Origin: Eledone cirrhosa
Lineage: Eukaryota
Assembly (NCBI GenBank): GCA_964016885.1
Contig: OZ024744.1
Coordinates: forward strand, 99,014,001-99,078,000
Reading direction: 5' to 3'
DNA length: 64,000 nt
In this document: one piece after another, positions 1 to 11,069 of the stretch
Position numbering within the stretch: the first letter of the stretch is position 1
Layout: each line of letters starts with the position of its first letter
Notes under the pieces: model-generated
Databases searched by the model: none
What the model saw: the letters and a program-made list of their open reading frames with translations, nothing else
Told to the model about the DNA's origin: nothing
Program-made: the position numbers and the translations under genes

Positions 1-2500
1 CTGAGTATGAAGAAACCTTGATGGGGTTCGATAACCTCAATATTCCTCAGCAGCTGCTCAAGGCCAACCATCTTCTATTGGAAGATTGACTCGAAGGCCA
101 GGTCTGTGATTGGGGCTCCTAAGGAGCACCAAGCCAATGGGGGAGGGACCGCGATGGAAGGGAAGGACTCTGCAAACAGGTCGATCAGCTGTTGGTGTTG
201 AGAAGCCGGGAGGTTGAGGATCCAGAGCTCACATTTGGAGCTATTGGCCTCGAGACCCCGGCGGCCAAGCTCCTCCACCATCTTGTTGGGAGTGGCGAGA
301 ACCATATCTGGAGTTCCCCCCAAACAAGCATCGTCGAGGTACCAGACATTGAGGTCCAACTCAGCCCCCATCTTGGTGACATCATTAATGCCCAGTGCAA
401 ACAGTGCGGGCCCAAGTGGGTCACCCTGTTGGACTCCTGAGGCAGAGGTGATGATTTGGTCACCGAAAGAGAGGTAGGAGGGCTCGCGATAAGCCTGCCA
501 AGCAAAGTGGTAGAGTTGTGGGACCCGCTCTCTTACTGAGCCGAGGACGATGTCGCGGCTGATGGAGTTGAAGGCATTACTGACGTCAAGTTTGAGGTTG
601 ACCTTGTGGGACGAGGAGGGCAAGTTGGCAAATGCTCTGGCAGCGTGGACAGCAGCATCACATCCCAACCTGGTATCCACCCCCAGCTGGATGGGTGAAA
701 TCCTCCGCCAGTGAGTCGGAGACCAACAGCAAACACACCTTTGCAGTGAGGTGGTGAAGAGTGCAGCCAATCGCAATGGGGCGCAGATCTCCATTGGGCT
801 TGGTGAGACCATATAGCTTTGCACCAAAGAACAGTGGGCGGATGAATGGGAGAACATTCACTGAAGAGAACTGATTCACAAACTGAGTCAGACTCTCCAA
901 GAGCTCAAGTCCGATAAGGAGATACCATCCTTGAGGTGTTGAGGACGAAGGCCGTCAATTCCCGCACCTGACCCAGCGGGGAAGGATGAAATCGCCTTTC
1001 TGATGATATCGGTGGTGTTAACCGGTCTCAAATATTCTGGTGGTTCGGGCCGGTGTAGCTGATCATCTGGGGCTACTGATGAGTGCTTCTCTTTCAGACG
1101 CTCAAGAGAGTCAGAGTTGCACGGAGCAAGGGAGGACAGAGAAGAGAGGAGACGGACAGACCCTTTAATGTCAAATTCGTTGAATTTGGCATTGACCGCT
1201 CGGTGTCCACCAACAGACAACCGGTAGACTTGAGGTCTACCGGTTGTCTGTTGGTGGACACTGAGCTCAGTGTCGAACTGAGATGAGACGTGGTTGGGGT
1301 GGACTCAAACAGCTGGAACTGCCGCTTGAGAGAGGACGTGAGGGAACCCGAGTTCGCATTGTGCACGTGAAGAGAGATCATCATCATCATCATCATCACC
1401 GTTTTACGTCCGTTCTTCCATGCTAGCATGGGTTAGACGGGTTGTCCTGTTGTGGGCAGTGTCTGCTCGGCTGACCTTGCCTTGCTCATACAGGAACTGA
1501 TTCTGGCTTGATTTCTACAGCTGGATGCCCTTCCTAACACCAACCTCATTTACAGTGAGTGCTGGGTGCTTTTTTGCTGTGGCACCTCCACGACCACTTT
1601 ACAGTGTGGGCTGGGTGCTTTTTTTCCGTGGCACCTCCACAACCACTTTGAAGTGGAAGGATGTGGGGGCATATTGTCTATATGCTTCAGCTTCGGCTTG
1701 TACCCATGGGAGGTTGGGTACTCTGTATTACTGCGTGACGCCAGCGGTCACGGTCGTGTGTCATCGCCTTTGAGAGGTGTAATTGGGTAAGGTCGGCTTT
1801 TATCACCTCATCCCAGGTCTTCTTGGGTCTCCCCACTCCGCGGTGAGGGGAAACAAAAACAATTTCTGCCAGTCAGACCTATTGTTGGACGAGCAAACGT
1901 TTTTCAGTAAATTAGAGAGGGCACGTGCAAAGCTATTCCAAGCTCCCTTAGGGATCCGGTTAACGAGCTTTGATTTGGAGGGCTGTGGCAAAGTCCTCGG
2001 TAGAGAGTTGGTCATCGAAGCGTGGGGCATCCCCACGGAATACGTCGGAGCTGAAGTGGCACCGATTACAGGTCCAGTGTTGAAGCCTTTCGGCTTGAGC
2101 TTTGGTGATGCTGACACAGCTTCTGTGGTAGCTTGCGTGGCATAGGTGACATTTGATTGTCTTTAAGTACCGGCTAGTGCGGGCAGAGAGCACAGCCAGG
2201 TGGTGGGCTGGCTGCAGCCGGCAGTAGAGGGCCAGCGTTGGAATTCGGTGGAGGGAGTGAGTCAGTAAAGGAGACAGCAGTGGTTCTAACGGTGGGACTA
2301 GAGCGGAGGTTGGGTGGTGGACTAACTGTTTGATTCGTTTGGAATCTGCCGTGAAGGGGAGGAGGGGGTAGGTGGGGGCAAGTTTGCTCCTCTCGTGCGT
2401 GCCAAAGTTGGTGGATAATGAGAGGTCGAAGGCTGACTGTTTGTCACATAGTCGTTCCACCAAGCAGGTCTCTTGCTTGTTCAACGCATGCCACCGCCAC
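1..2500 (-). mobile_element. Decayed CRE-clade (RLE-type) non-LTR retrotransposon: PHD finger, N-terminal region and reverse transcriptase; runs off the left edge
   Basis: Motifs IPKGA...WQKLFLFP, GSGAGIDGLRPQHLKD, GDLRPIAIG, QLGV, KLDVSNAFNSI, GVQQGDPLGPALF and WYLDDA. Broken by frameshifts, a fold-back duplication and an insertion at about 1379-1842. Confidence 0.88.
1379..1842 (-). mobile_element. RTE-LINE 3' fragment with SINE-type tail inserted into the CRE element
   Basis: The minus strand reads RGVGRPKKTWDEVIKADL...MTHDRDRWRHAV, then the 48-bp units, the AGGAAGGGCATCCAGC tail and (ATG)n. A homologous copy lies at about 34719-35175. Confidence 0.75.
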
Positions 2501-3348
2501 CTAGAGTGGACTAGGTTAAAGTGGTGGCAACTTTATCAATCAGCAACTGCCAGTGATAGTTCAGTCGAAACATCGGGCCACCGACGGGTTGAACGAATAC
2601 ATAGGTGGGCTGTGCGCGAAGACAAAGGAGGGATAGAGAGTGGAGGGGGGGGGAATATTATTAGTGCGTGGAGAGGAGTGTGAGAGGCAGGTAAATACAG
2701 TGGAAGATAAAGAGCACTGAACATGCAAAGAGAAGGAAAATAAAAACGCTAGAAGTACAAAATCTAAGGCTGTGAGTTTGTGTAATATTTCGCATGGGTA
2801 AATCCGCAGTAAAATCAGAAATTGTGAGTTTGTGTAAAAAAAAACACATGGGCAAGACTTCAGTAAAATCAAATCCTGAATGATAGTGATACAAGATGTT
2901 TACAGTTACAGAGTGATTACATTACTGGTCTTGAATTCTATCAAGTGGTCAAAGCTTCTAATTCTGTGAACTAGAATGGAAGTATGGATTGACCTTTCAG
3001 TCACACCTGTCTATAAATAGATTCAGGTTATTTCAAGAGGGAGATGGGATGGTGCCATGCGTAATCTCTTCTTGTGAAGCTAGTGGTGGTTCCTCGCCAT
3101 TTATAATCATTTATTTTAATTTTATATTTGGGGGGAGTGGGGGGGGGGGTGTGAAAAATTGTAAGTGTATGTTGAGGAGGAATGTATACTTGTGTGATAC
3201 AATTGCTCCAGGTTGGTTCCCTGCGTTGTAGCCACAACCAATCCTTTTAAATTTTTAATTTTTCTTCTTAAGATCTATTATTCCTCTCCGTAGATTGTAA
3301 ATGGTAAAATCCGTTCGAATGGCTCTGGGAGTTAAGTGATCCAACGGA

Positions 3349-4110
3349 ATGGAAATCCAGTTCCTTGAAGAATATTTTGAAGTTGTCTCGGACAAAGCAT
3401 ACACTCATGGAACTACCTGTCTATTCCTAAGCTTCTGTATCTGCTCAGGGTCAGCCTCTCTCACAGATTTCCGTCCTGCCTCCAACGCTTCAACGACCTA
3501 ATCTTCAAGAGACTCGAGTGTCTGGTCATTGTTAGACTCTCTCCGGAGTCCCGCGATCAGGCTACGTTGCCCAAGCAATTTGGGAGTCTTGGTCTCCGTA
3601 AGTGTTCGTCCCCCTCTCCCCTGCTTCCTTTCCTCCACCCTGATGAGCAGCATCCTCTCCTCTCCAACATGGACTAGTTCCAACAGGGAGTTGGGTGAAG
3701 CTCTCCAGCAATGGAGTGAGTTGGGCTTGTCTCTTCCTGAGAAGGTGGAGGACAGTCGAAGTCAGAGAGCTTGGAACAGCATAAGTTCGAAGGCCACCTT
3801 TGACTCCCTCTTCGTCCAGTCAGATCAGTAAGGTGCCGCTTACTATCTGCCAAGCGGAGTAAGACTCTCAAATACTCTGATCTGTCGGCCAGCTACATTT
3901 TTCAGCCTATGGCTTTCGAGATGTTTGGGGGAGTCGGACTGCGATGTCCCTTTCTTCACTGGCGGCTCGCCTAATAGAGGTGACTGGAGAATCTCGCAAA
4001 GGTGCTTGGCTGTTTCAGCGCATCAGCCTCGCCATCACCCGAGGCAATGCTGTGAGGGTGCTGGCTTGCCTCAAAAATCATTAGAGAGGTTGCCCAGTAC
4101 TCGCGACGTT
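3349..4110 (+). mobile_element. CRE-clade retrotransposon 3' fragment (post-RT and endonuclease C-terminus), internally deleted
   Basis: Translated pieces IPKLLYLLRV, SQRAWNSI, FQPMAFEMFG and TGESRKGAWLFQRISLAITRGNA, with stops and frameshifts. Confidence 0.75.
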
Positions 4111-4386
4111 GCTGTCTTTTGCTCTGGTGTTGGCTCCGTTGTTCACTCCTTCTTTTACATTTTCTTATATTGAAGGAATATATATCTTTCATTGTATCAT
4201 CCTTTGTAGTGTTACCGAGGCATTTGTAATGTTATTTATGTATATATTTAAAACATATTTGTTATGTTATTCTACTGTAAATTTATTTATATGCTCTGTT
4301 TATATTTTCATTCTGAAGGAACTTATCCACTTGTGTTGATATAAGTGATTTTATGACTTTCCTGTAAGCATTGTGTCATTATATAT

Positions 4387-4725
4387 GGAGGCACATGGCT
4401 TAGTGGTTAGAGCATTGGCCTTGCAATCGAAAGGTTGTGAGTTCAATTCTCAGACCGGGTGATGTGTTGTTTCCTTGAGCAAGACACTTTATTTCACATT
4501 GCTCCAGTTTACTCAGCTGTAGAAATGATATGATAGGACTGGGGTCCATATCATTCCACTGCAAAGTGGACGTGGAGGTGCCACAGCAAAAAAGCACCCA
4601 GCATTCACTGTAAATGAGGTTGGTGTTAGGAAGGGCATCCAGCTGTAGAAATCAAGCCAGGATCAGTTTCCGTCCCACCCTGGCAAGCAGGGAAAAAGCG
4701 GACGTGAAATGATGATGATGATGAT
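4387..4725 (+). mobile_element. Full-length tRNA-derived SINE with CORE-like domain and RTE-type (ATG)n tail
   Basis: A box TGGCTTAGTGG, B box GAGTTCAATTC, CORE-like CCTTGAGCAAGACACTT...CAGTTTACTCAGCTGTAGAAATG. Close copies at 22420-22804 (+) and 35457-35764 (-). Confidence 0.88.
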
Positions 4726-4945
4726 ATAAACGTGAATAAATATAATGGCAGAATCGTTTAAATGGACAAAATACTTTGTGGTATTTATTTCGGCTCTTTA
4801 CATTCTGAGTTCAAATCACACTGAGGTAAATTTGACTTTTCTTCCTTTCGAAGTTGATAAATTAAAGTACGGGGTATGATTTAATCGACTCCCTAATAGG
4901 GGGCAAAGGAGGCAATTGCCCCAGGCCCCTGCAGTGGGGGGGACC

Positions 4946-5542
4946 CAGTAGCGTGCAGAGGTGGGGAGCCGACAGTGCATTGGCCCCAGGCATCCTTTGG
5001 ATGATTTGTGACAGGAGGCATCATTTAGGGAAAAGAACTTAATAAATTTGATTGATTTATATTAAAATCGAATAAATAATTTATTTCATGTTTCATCTGT
5101 TTATATATTCAAAATGTTTTCCTTGCTCATAATATTTCTCAGTATATTAGGCCTTATACTTGAGTCTTTGGGGCATTAGGCCTTATACTTGACCCTTTGG
5201 GGCATTAGGCCTTATACTTGACCCTTTGGGGCATTAGGCCTTATACTTGACCCTTTGGAGCATTAGGCCTTATACTTGAGCCTTTGGGGCATTAGGCCTT
5301 ATACTTGACCCTTTGGGGCATTAGGCCTTATACTTGAGCCTTTGGAGCATTAGGCCTTATACTTGAGCCTTTGGGGCATTAGGCCTTATACTTGAGCCTT
5401 TGGAGTATTAGGCCTTATACTTGAGCCTTTGGAGCATTAGGCCTTATACTTGAGCCTTTGGAGCATTAGGCCTTATACTTGAGCCTTTGGGGCATACAAT
5501 CAAAATTTGCCCCGGACATCCCCAGAGTTCTACACACCACTG
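4946..5542. mobile_element. hAT-like MITE carrying a 29-bp minisatellite
   Basis: TIRs CAGTAGCGTGCAGA and TCTACACACCACTG, flanked by duplicated GGGGG(G)ACC (8-9 bp TSD). Confidence 0.7.
5146..5495. repeat. 29-bp minisatellite, about 12 copies
   Basis: Unit ATTAGGCCTTATACTTGA(C/G)CCTTTGG(G/A)GC. Confidence 0.95.
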
Positions 5543-5823
5543 GGGGGGACCCACCAGCGACGGCCGTAGCAATTTATTTGTGTCCCTCAACTTGGTTTCT
5601 TAGTTTTAGGATGGTTAGAATTTTTGAATGTAATACCTGTATGTATAACTTTTCAATTCCAATTACTTGTGCCAAGTTAACTGTGACATGTAAAATTGGG
5701 GGGTTTGCTGTGTATTCTAATTTTTGTGTATGAGGAGTCCCTCCAAACTTGAAGTACCCCAGGCTTCCCAGGGTCTAAATCTAACCTTGCTCCCTATTTC
5801 ACCTATTTCTGATCATAAGCTTA

Positions 5824-5991
5824 CCGTATTTCTTAGCGCCGAAGACGCTTCGTCCTTGAGGACACACCCTAATTTTGACAACAAAAAATTTGAAAAAAAA
5901 TAATAAACAACCTTTGGCCTCCAGGACGCATGGTAGATTTTTGAGACTTATTTTAGGGGAAAAGTAGAGTCTTCGATGCCGGGAAATATGG
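5824..5991. mobile_element. Tc1/mariner-type MITE
   Basis: TA|CCGTATTTCTTAGCGCCGAAGAC...GTCTTCGATGCCGGGAAATATGG|TA, i.e. imperfect TIRs with a TA TSD. Confidence 0.65.
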
Positions 5992-6286
5992 TAAGTTGGA
6001 AAATATAATAATTATCTATCGAATTTTCGTTCATCTATTCATTTTATGTCTTGCAAAACATTATTGACTAAAGAATGTTTCCAAGTTATTTATTATTACA
6101 TAGTTTTCTCTCTCTTGTATGATTTTTCCATTTTCCTTGGACTTGTCTACTGACTACACAGATGGGTTGGAGGTCCTCATCAAGCTCCCTACCGAGTGCA
6201 TTTTATCATAACACCAGCACAAGGGAAGCTGTTTTGTTATTGACACAACTGAAGGGTCTTCCTAACTTGCATATATATATATATAT

Positions 6287-6466
6287 GTGTTAGGTAATTC
6301 CGAAGGAAAAGCAAAGGAAAAAAGAGTGCTCTATGTATAGAACAGAGCTGTTTAATTAGAAAGTGAACAACACAAAATATATCCAGACATATATTAATAT
6401 TGTCTGTGATCCAGAAACCTTTGGTAATGGAGTAGTTATATTTTGTGTTGTTCACTTTCTAATTAA

Positions 6467-6468
<2 letters not shown>
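6287..6468. mobile_element. Fold-back mini-element in (TA)n, same family as 35203-35440; retains only the 3' half of a hammerhead
   Basis: About 30-bp inverted arms TTTAATTAGAAAGTGAACAACACAAAATAT. Contains GAAACCTTTGGTAATGGAG. Left end is homologous to 35203-35295. Confidence 0.65.
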
Positions 6469-6489
<21 letters not shown>

Positions 6490-6497
<8 letters not shown>

Positions 6498-6626
6498 TTT
6501 TATAGAAGGAGCTTCTACAGGACTAGTACTGTTTCATTCAGATGAAATCTTCAGGAAGCTCCTGAAGATTTCATCTGAATGAAACAGTACTAGTCCTGTA
6601 GAAGCTCCTTCTATAAAATAAAAAAA
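6490..6626. repeat. Perfect inverted repeat with 67-bp arms and a 3-nt loop
   Basis: Base-by-base complementarity around AGC at 6557-6559. Confidence 0.95.
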
Positions 6627-6692
6627 TTTTACTCTGCCATGTATTGAGTACCTTACTTACTGTGGTTATCCCAGACTCAACCCGGGACCTAC

Positions 6693-6729
<37 letters not shown>

Positions 6730-7079
6730 CTCTCTTCTCTCACCTTGTTACACTTTTCTTATAATCTATTCATTCATACTTGCCATTTCATTCCACTTTG
6801 AAAATTCATTCTAACTACATGTTTAAGTAGTTGGATGCGAGTTAATTTGATTAAAATAATGAAATAAGTTTTTCCCACTCATCTGGTTTATGGTGCTTTT
6901 AACAATATTTTTGTAATTCTCTCCATATATATATAAATGAAGTGAAGTTATTGTAAATAGTTTGATTATGTTGGGGTCACCAATTGAAGCGATGTTATTG
7001 ATTGTTGTTGAAGATGTTGATAAACACGACAAATACAATAATTTTGGTTAGATATAGAGCTTTACTTCACTTCAGTTAA

Positions 7080-7297
7080 CCCTTTAGCATTTAAAACGGC
7101 TGTATCCAGCCAGAATTCTCTCACCTCTTTCTGTTCAAACTGACTGTAACCGGCCATTCATACAGATGTTAAGGTATTATTCTTAAAATAAATAATATCA
7201 AAATCTCATAGATTTGTTATGTGAGATAATTATGTGAGGTAAAGCCTTTACCGTGAAAATATAATAGTATATATAGAGTAATGTAAATGCTAAAGGG
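7080..7297. mobile_element. piggyBac-like MITE
   Basis: TTAA|CCCTTTAGCATTTA...TAAATGCTAAAGGG|TTAA. Related copies at about 8843-8995, 13940-14205, 32699-32780 and 36450-36653. Confidence 0.85.
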
Positions 7298-7674
7298 TTA
7301 AAAGAAGAGAACACTTTGCTAAAAGATAATTTAAGAGTTAGCATGAAATGATCAACTCTTAACATCCTGTAATGATCTAATAGAAACTAAAGGGTTAAAA
7401 AGGAAAAAGAATATGATTACTTTGAATCATCAAAAGTATAAAGATTGATGGCAGTACTCACAAATGCATGCAGTGTTCGAAAAGTCCTTTGTGTTTTGCT
7501 GGAGAATCTGTTTATATGAAAAGGCAGATAATTTTGTTGGATGTTTGTTTGTGTTCTTTTTTGTTTTTTGAAAACATGATGCTAAACAGACTCAAATAGG
7601 TGGTGAACTAACAGAACCATTAGAACGTCAGAAAGAATACTTTGCAGTATTTATTCCTGCTCCATGAGTTCAAA

Positions 7675-8243
7675 TTGTGCGGCCACACTTAGAATGTGCA
7701 TCACCAATCTGGAACCTCTATCTTGATCAAAATATTGATCTGGAAACTGTTCAGAGTCGTGCAACCAAGTGAATACCCTCCATCAGGCATCTACCATACC
7801 TTGCTTTCCTGGGCATGGGTACATTGAAGTTCCGACATCTGGCAACTGACTTGGTAAACACCCACAAAATTATTAACCATCTTGCCAACAACAACCCTGA
7901 GCACCTTTTTGAATTCCACATGGGCATGCCTACAAAGTCAGAAAACAGCACAGTTCCCATGACTTTCAGAAACATTTTATCACACTCAGATTTGCTGAAG
8001 CATGGAACAAACTACCTGCATTAGTTGTTAGCTGTCGAGACACTGAATCCTTTAAAACCTCCATGTTTCCTGAGATTCGCCAACACTACACCTAATATCC
8101 TCCCTCCATACACACGCACGCATGTATTTCATGACTCAGTGTTCCCTTTCCTGACATTTGTACATTATTCTATGTACTACACATGCACCTTTGATGAGTT
8201 GTAGTGCACCTGAGCACTGTACACAATAATTTCATTATTATTA
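7675..8243 (+). mobile_element. CR1/L2-group LINE 3' fragment nested in a Nin-type SINE
   Basis: Reads VRPHLECASPIWN...ETVQSRATK*IPSIRHLPY...DLVNTHKI and ends in an (ATT)n tail. The SINE B box GAGTTCAAAT|CCC is split around it. Confidence 0.75.
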
Positions 8244-9689
8244 AATCCCACCAAGATCAACTTTGCCTTTTATCTTGCGAGATTGATACAAAGAAGTACC
8301 AGTCGAGTACTGTGGTTGATTTTTCCTCTGTATCTCTTTCTCACTTCTTCTACGAAAGAAATTGGCTGTGTTCATACCTGGAGAGGTGATGAACCCCTCC
8401 AGGTATAAAATATCCAAAACACACCATATGTCATTACAGGGCCCCTATGACTCCAACAGGAGTTACATATAGGCCGATACATACAACATAGAACATTTTT
8501 TATGTATATTTCTCATGCTTGCATAGTTTAAACCATGGATGTGCAACATATTCCATTGGCGGGCCACTTTTGAACATTGGAACAACTATTAGGGCCAGTT
8601 ACCTTAAAAAATATGTGATCTAATGAAAACCAGTGAATCGAATCAAATACATTGTGAATACATTTTTAAACAATAAAGACAAATAAAATATAATTTAGTT
8701 TTATTAATGTGTTACTTGGTATTTAGTATAGGTTAACTAACAGAAAATTGTATTACGGTTACGAAAAAAATTCTAAATAACCCTACAAGGTAAAAATTAA
8801 AAATGGTAATCACGGCCTGCCTGTTGCACACCCCTGGTTTAAACCCTTTATCATTTACATTACTCTATGTATACTATTGATTTTTGTGGTAAAGGCTTTA
8901 TCTTACATAATATCTAATCTAATGTAGGTATGAGCAGCCAGTTACAGCCAGTTTGAACAGAAAGAGGTGAGAGAATTCTGGCCGGTTTAAATGGGTTGTC
9001 ATGTTCTGAGACTAGATTCATTAGGTGACCGCATCTCACATGGTTTCTATGGTTGGAGTTTTATAATTAAACCCATTTCTTTTATCTCAGAATTTCACAA
9101 GATTGTGTGTCCTGGTTCTTATCATCATCATCATCACTGTCCATTTTTCCATGCTAGCATGGGTTAGACGAGTTGTCCCACTGTGAAACAAGCCAGATCA
9201 GTACTATGATACAAAACTTTATATTTATTTAAAAACCTTCCATCATAATTTTATGTAAGAACCTACATTGTTATATTCCAAATTTCAGCTTAATAATGAG
9301 AAAATTAGTTATATTATTAAATCCTTCTAAATTGTTTATAATTTTCAAAATTATTTTGAAAAAAGAAAAGTAGTCTTTCATTAGAAATATGATCCCAAAG
9401 GGGTTAATTTTTTGAAATGATGTCCAGCATTTAGGCAACACAATCAGTTTACTGTTAGGGTTTAACAACATTGGACACGGTCTGACCATAAGGAAAGACT
9501 TCTATGACAGAAATGAATCAGTTTTGTCTGTTATCGACTCATCTTTCCTCAACATCATCGTTTAATGTCGACTTTCCACGTTAGCATGGGTTATAATTCA
9601 ACAACATTCACACCAAAAATGTTAGTTATTTCTTCAGTTTTCAGGTTTATTTCTTGATGTTTGTAAAAATATTTTCAAAAACAATGATG

Positions 9690-10017
9690 AACGACCGAGC
9701 ATGGATGTGTTGATAGAGAAACTGTGTATAAGAGAGATAAGTTGTAGTGGTGTGCGGAAGAGGAGACTGCAACGGTATGGACATGTGATGTGCATGGAAG
9801 ATGACCACTGAGTAAAGAAGTGCCAAGAAATGCCAGTAGAAGGGAGACCACGAAAAACATGGGCGGAGGTGGTGAGAGCAGACCTCAGATCGCTGAAACT
9901 CACCGAAGAGATGACAAAGGACCGTGACAAGTGGAGAGATGCTGTGCTGAATAGGACCCGTCCCATCCTTGCAAGCAGGGGAAAAGCGGACCGTAAAATA
10001 ATGATGATGATGATGAA
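9690..10017 (+). mobile_element. RTE-clade LINE 3' end
   Basis: RKRRLQRYGHVM...EGRPRKTWAEVVRADLRSLKLTEEMTKDRDKWR, then CCCATCCTTGCAAGCAGGGGAAAAGCGGAC and (ATG)n, the same tail as the CORE SINE. Confidence 0.85.
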
Positions 10018-10167
10018 TGATATTGAAAATGGTTAATCATATTTCATAAAATACTGCATTCACAATCTCTCTTATCTTTGTAAAGAATTTCATGTGCAGT
10101 AAATTGATGAGAGCAGATGACAAAATTCTTAGTGTTGAATTACTGAAGTAATATAGATTAGACCAAA

Positions 10168-10218
10168 TCTATATTACAATAAAAGCAACGTATGTCTGTC
10201 CGCCTGTCGTGTTCACTT

Positions 10219-10259
<41 letters not shown>

Positions 10260-10444
10260 GAGAGAGAGAAAAGGGAGAGAGAAAAGGGAATACCATGTGT
10301 TTTTGAGGTGACAGAAAGAGGTAGATAGATAGAAAGTTATGTCACTCATTTATATATAGAGAAGGATGGGGTGGAGGGCGCCAAGCGAAAGAGATGTATA
10401 TAAAGAGAGAGAGAGAGACAGTAGAAGACATCACCCTCATCTAG
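10168..10444 (+). mobile_element. Non-autonomous Helitron-like element
   Basis: A|TCTATATT...CACCCTCATCTAG|T termini. An inverted homologue lies at 24957-25257. Confidence 0.65.
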
Positions 10445-10593
10445 TAAGATTGAAACATGTTTAGAGTTATCTCCTATAATTGCTGGATCAATTTTTGAGC
10501 TCAGTTTAATAAAAAATTTAGTTAAAAAGAAAAAAATTGTTTTGTTTTACAAAAAAAAAAAAAAAAAAAAAGACAATACTTTTTTAAAATTTT

Positions 10594-10599
10594 TTTATT
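10594..10599 (-). promoter_or_regulatory. Candidate polyadenylation signal for DDOST
   Basis: AATAAA on the minus strand about 85 nt after the stop, followed by T-rich sequence. Confidence 0.4.
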
Positions 10600-10682
10600 A
10601 ATTTTTTTTTTTTAGTTGAAGAAAATGTAAACAAAATGTGAAATGGAATGAGTCATTTTACTTTCTACTGATTTAGCTATGT

Positions 10683-10838
10683 TCACTCATCTTTTTCTTT
10701 GATATCTTCTTTGTAGTGCAGGAATACCAAACTTAATAAGAATACACCAAACATCATAGAAAATGCACTCACATAGTAAGGATATGCTGATGGTATAAAT
10801 CTTTCATATTGTGTGTGCTCCAATGGTCGTACAGATAC
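10683..10838 (-). CDS. DDOST: DDOST last coding exon (156 nt including TGA): TM helix and dilysine ER-retrieval tail
   Basis: TATAG|GTA. Encodes [51 protein letters not shown]. The C-terminus is a KxKxx motif. Confidence 0.97.
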   Translation of the reverse strand, partial: VSVRPLEHTQYERFIPSAYPYYVSAFSMMFGVFLLSLVFLHYKEDIKEKDE

Positions 10839-11069
10839 CTATAAAACAAAATACATAAATATTAATTTAATTATCAATATTATTTTGTCTTTTTTGATTT
10901 CTAAAATTTTTTTTTTTATTCAAGGTTCAATTAAATATAAGGTTTGCAATAAAATTTTTTTTTTCTTAATTAATAATGAAAAATTCATATAAAAATGAGA
11001 ACACTCAATGCAAGTACAGTTGTTAAAACAGCCAAATGTTGTCAATGACAGCTTTGGGTAAAAATATCT

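Noticed and set aside
1070-1100. CTGATGAG motifs at about 1075 and 3640
   Set aside because: They lie within retrotransposon coding sequence and have no correctly placed stem II, GAAA or stem I.
4387-4460. tRNA gene-like A and B boxes (also at 22420, 35764, 36303 and 44937)
   Set aside because: These are SINE heads. They lack a proper cloverleaf and continue into CORE or Nin domains.
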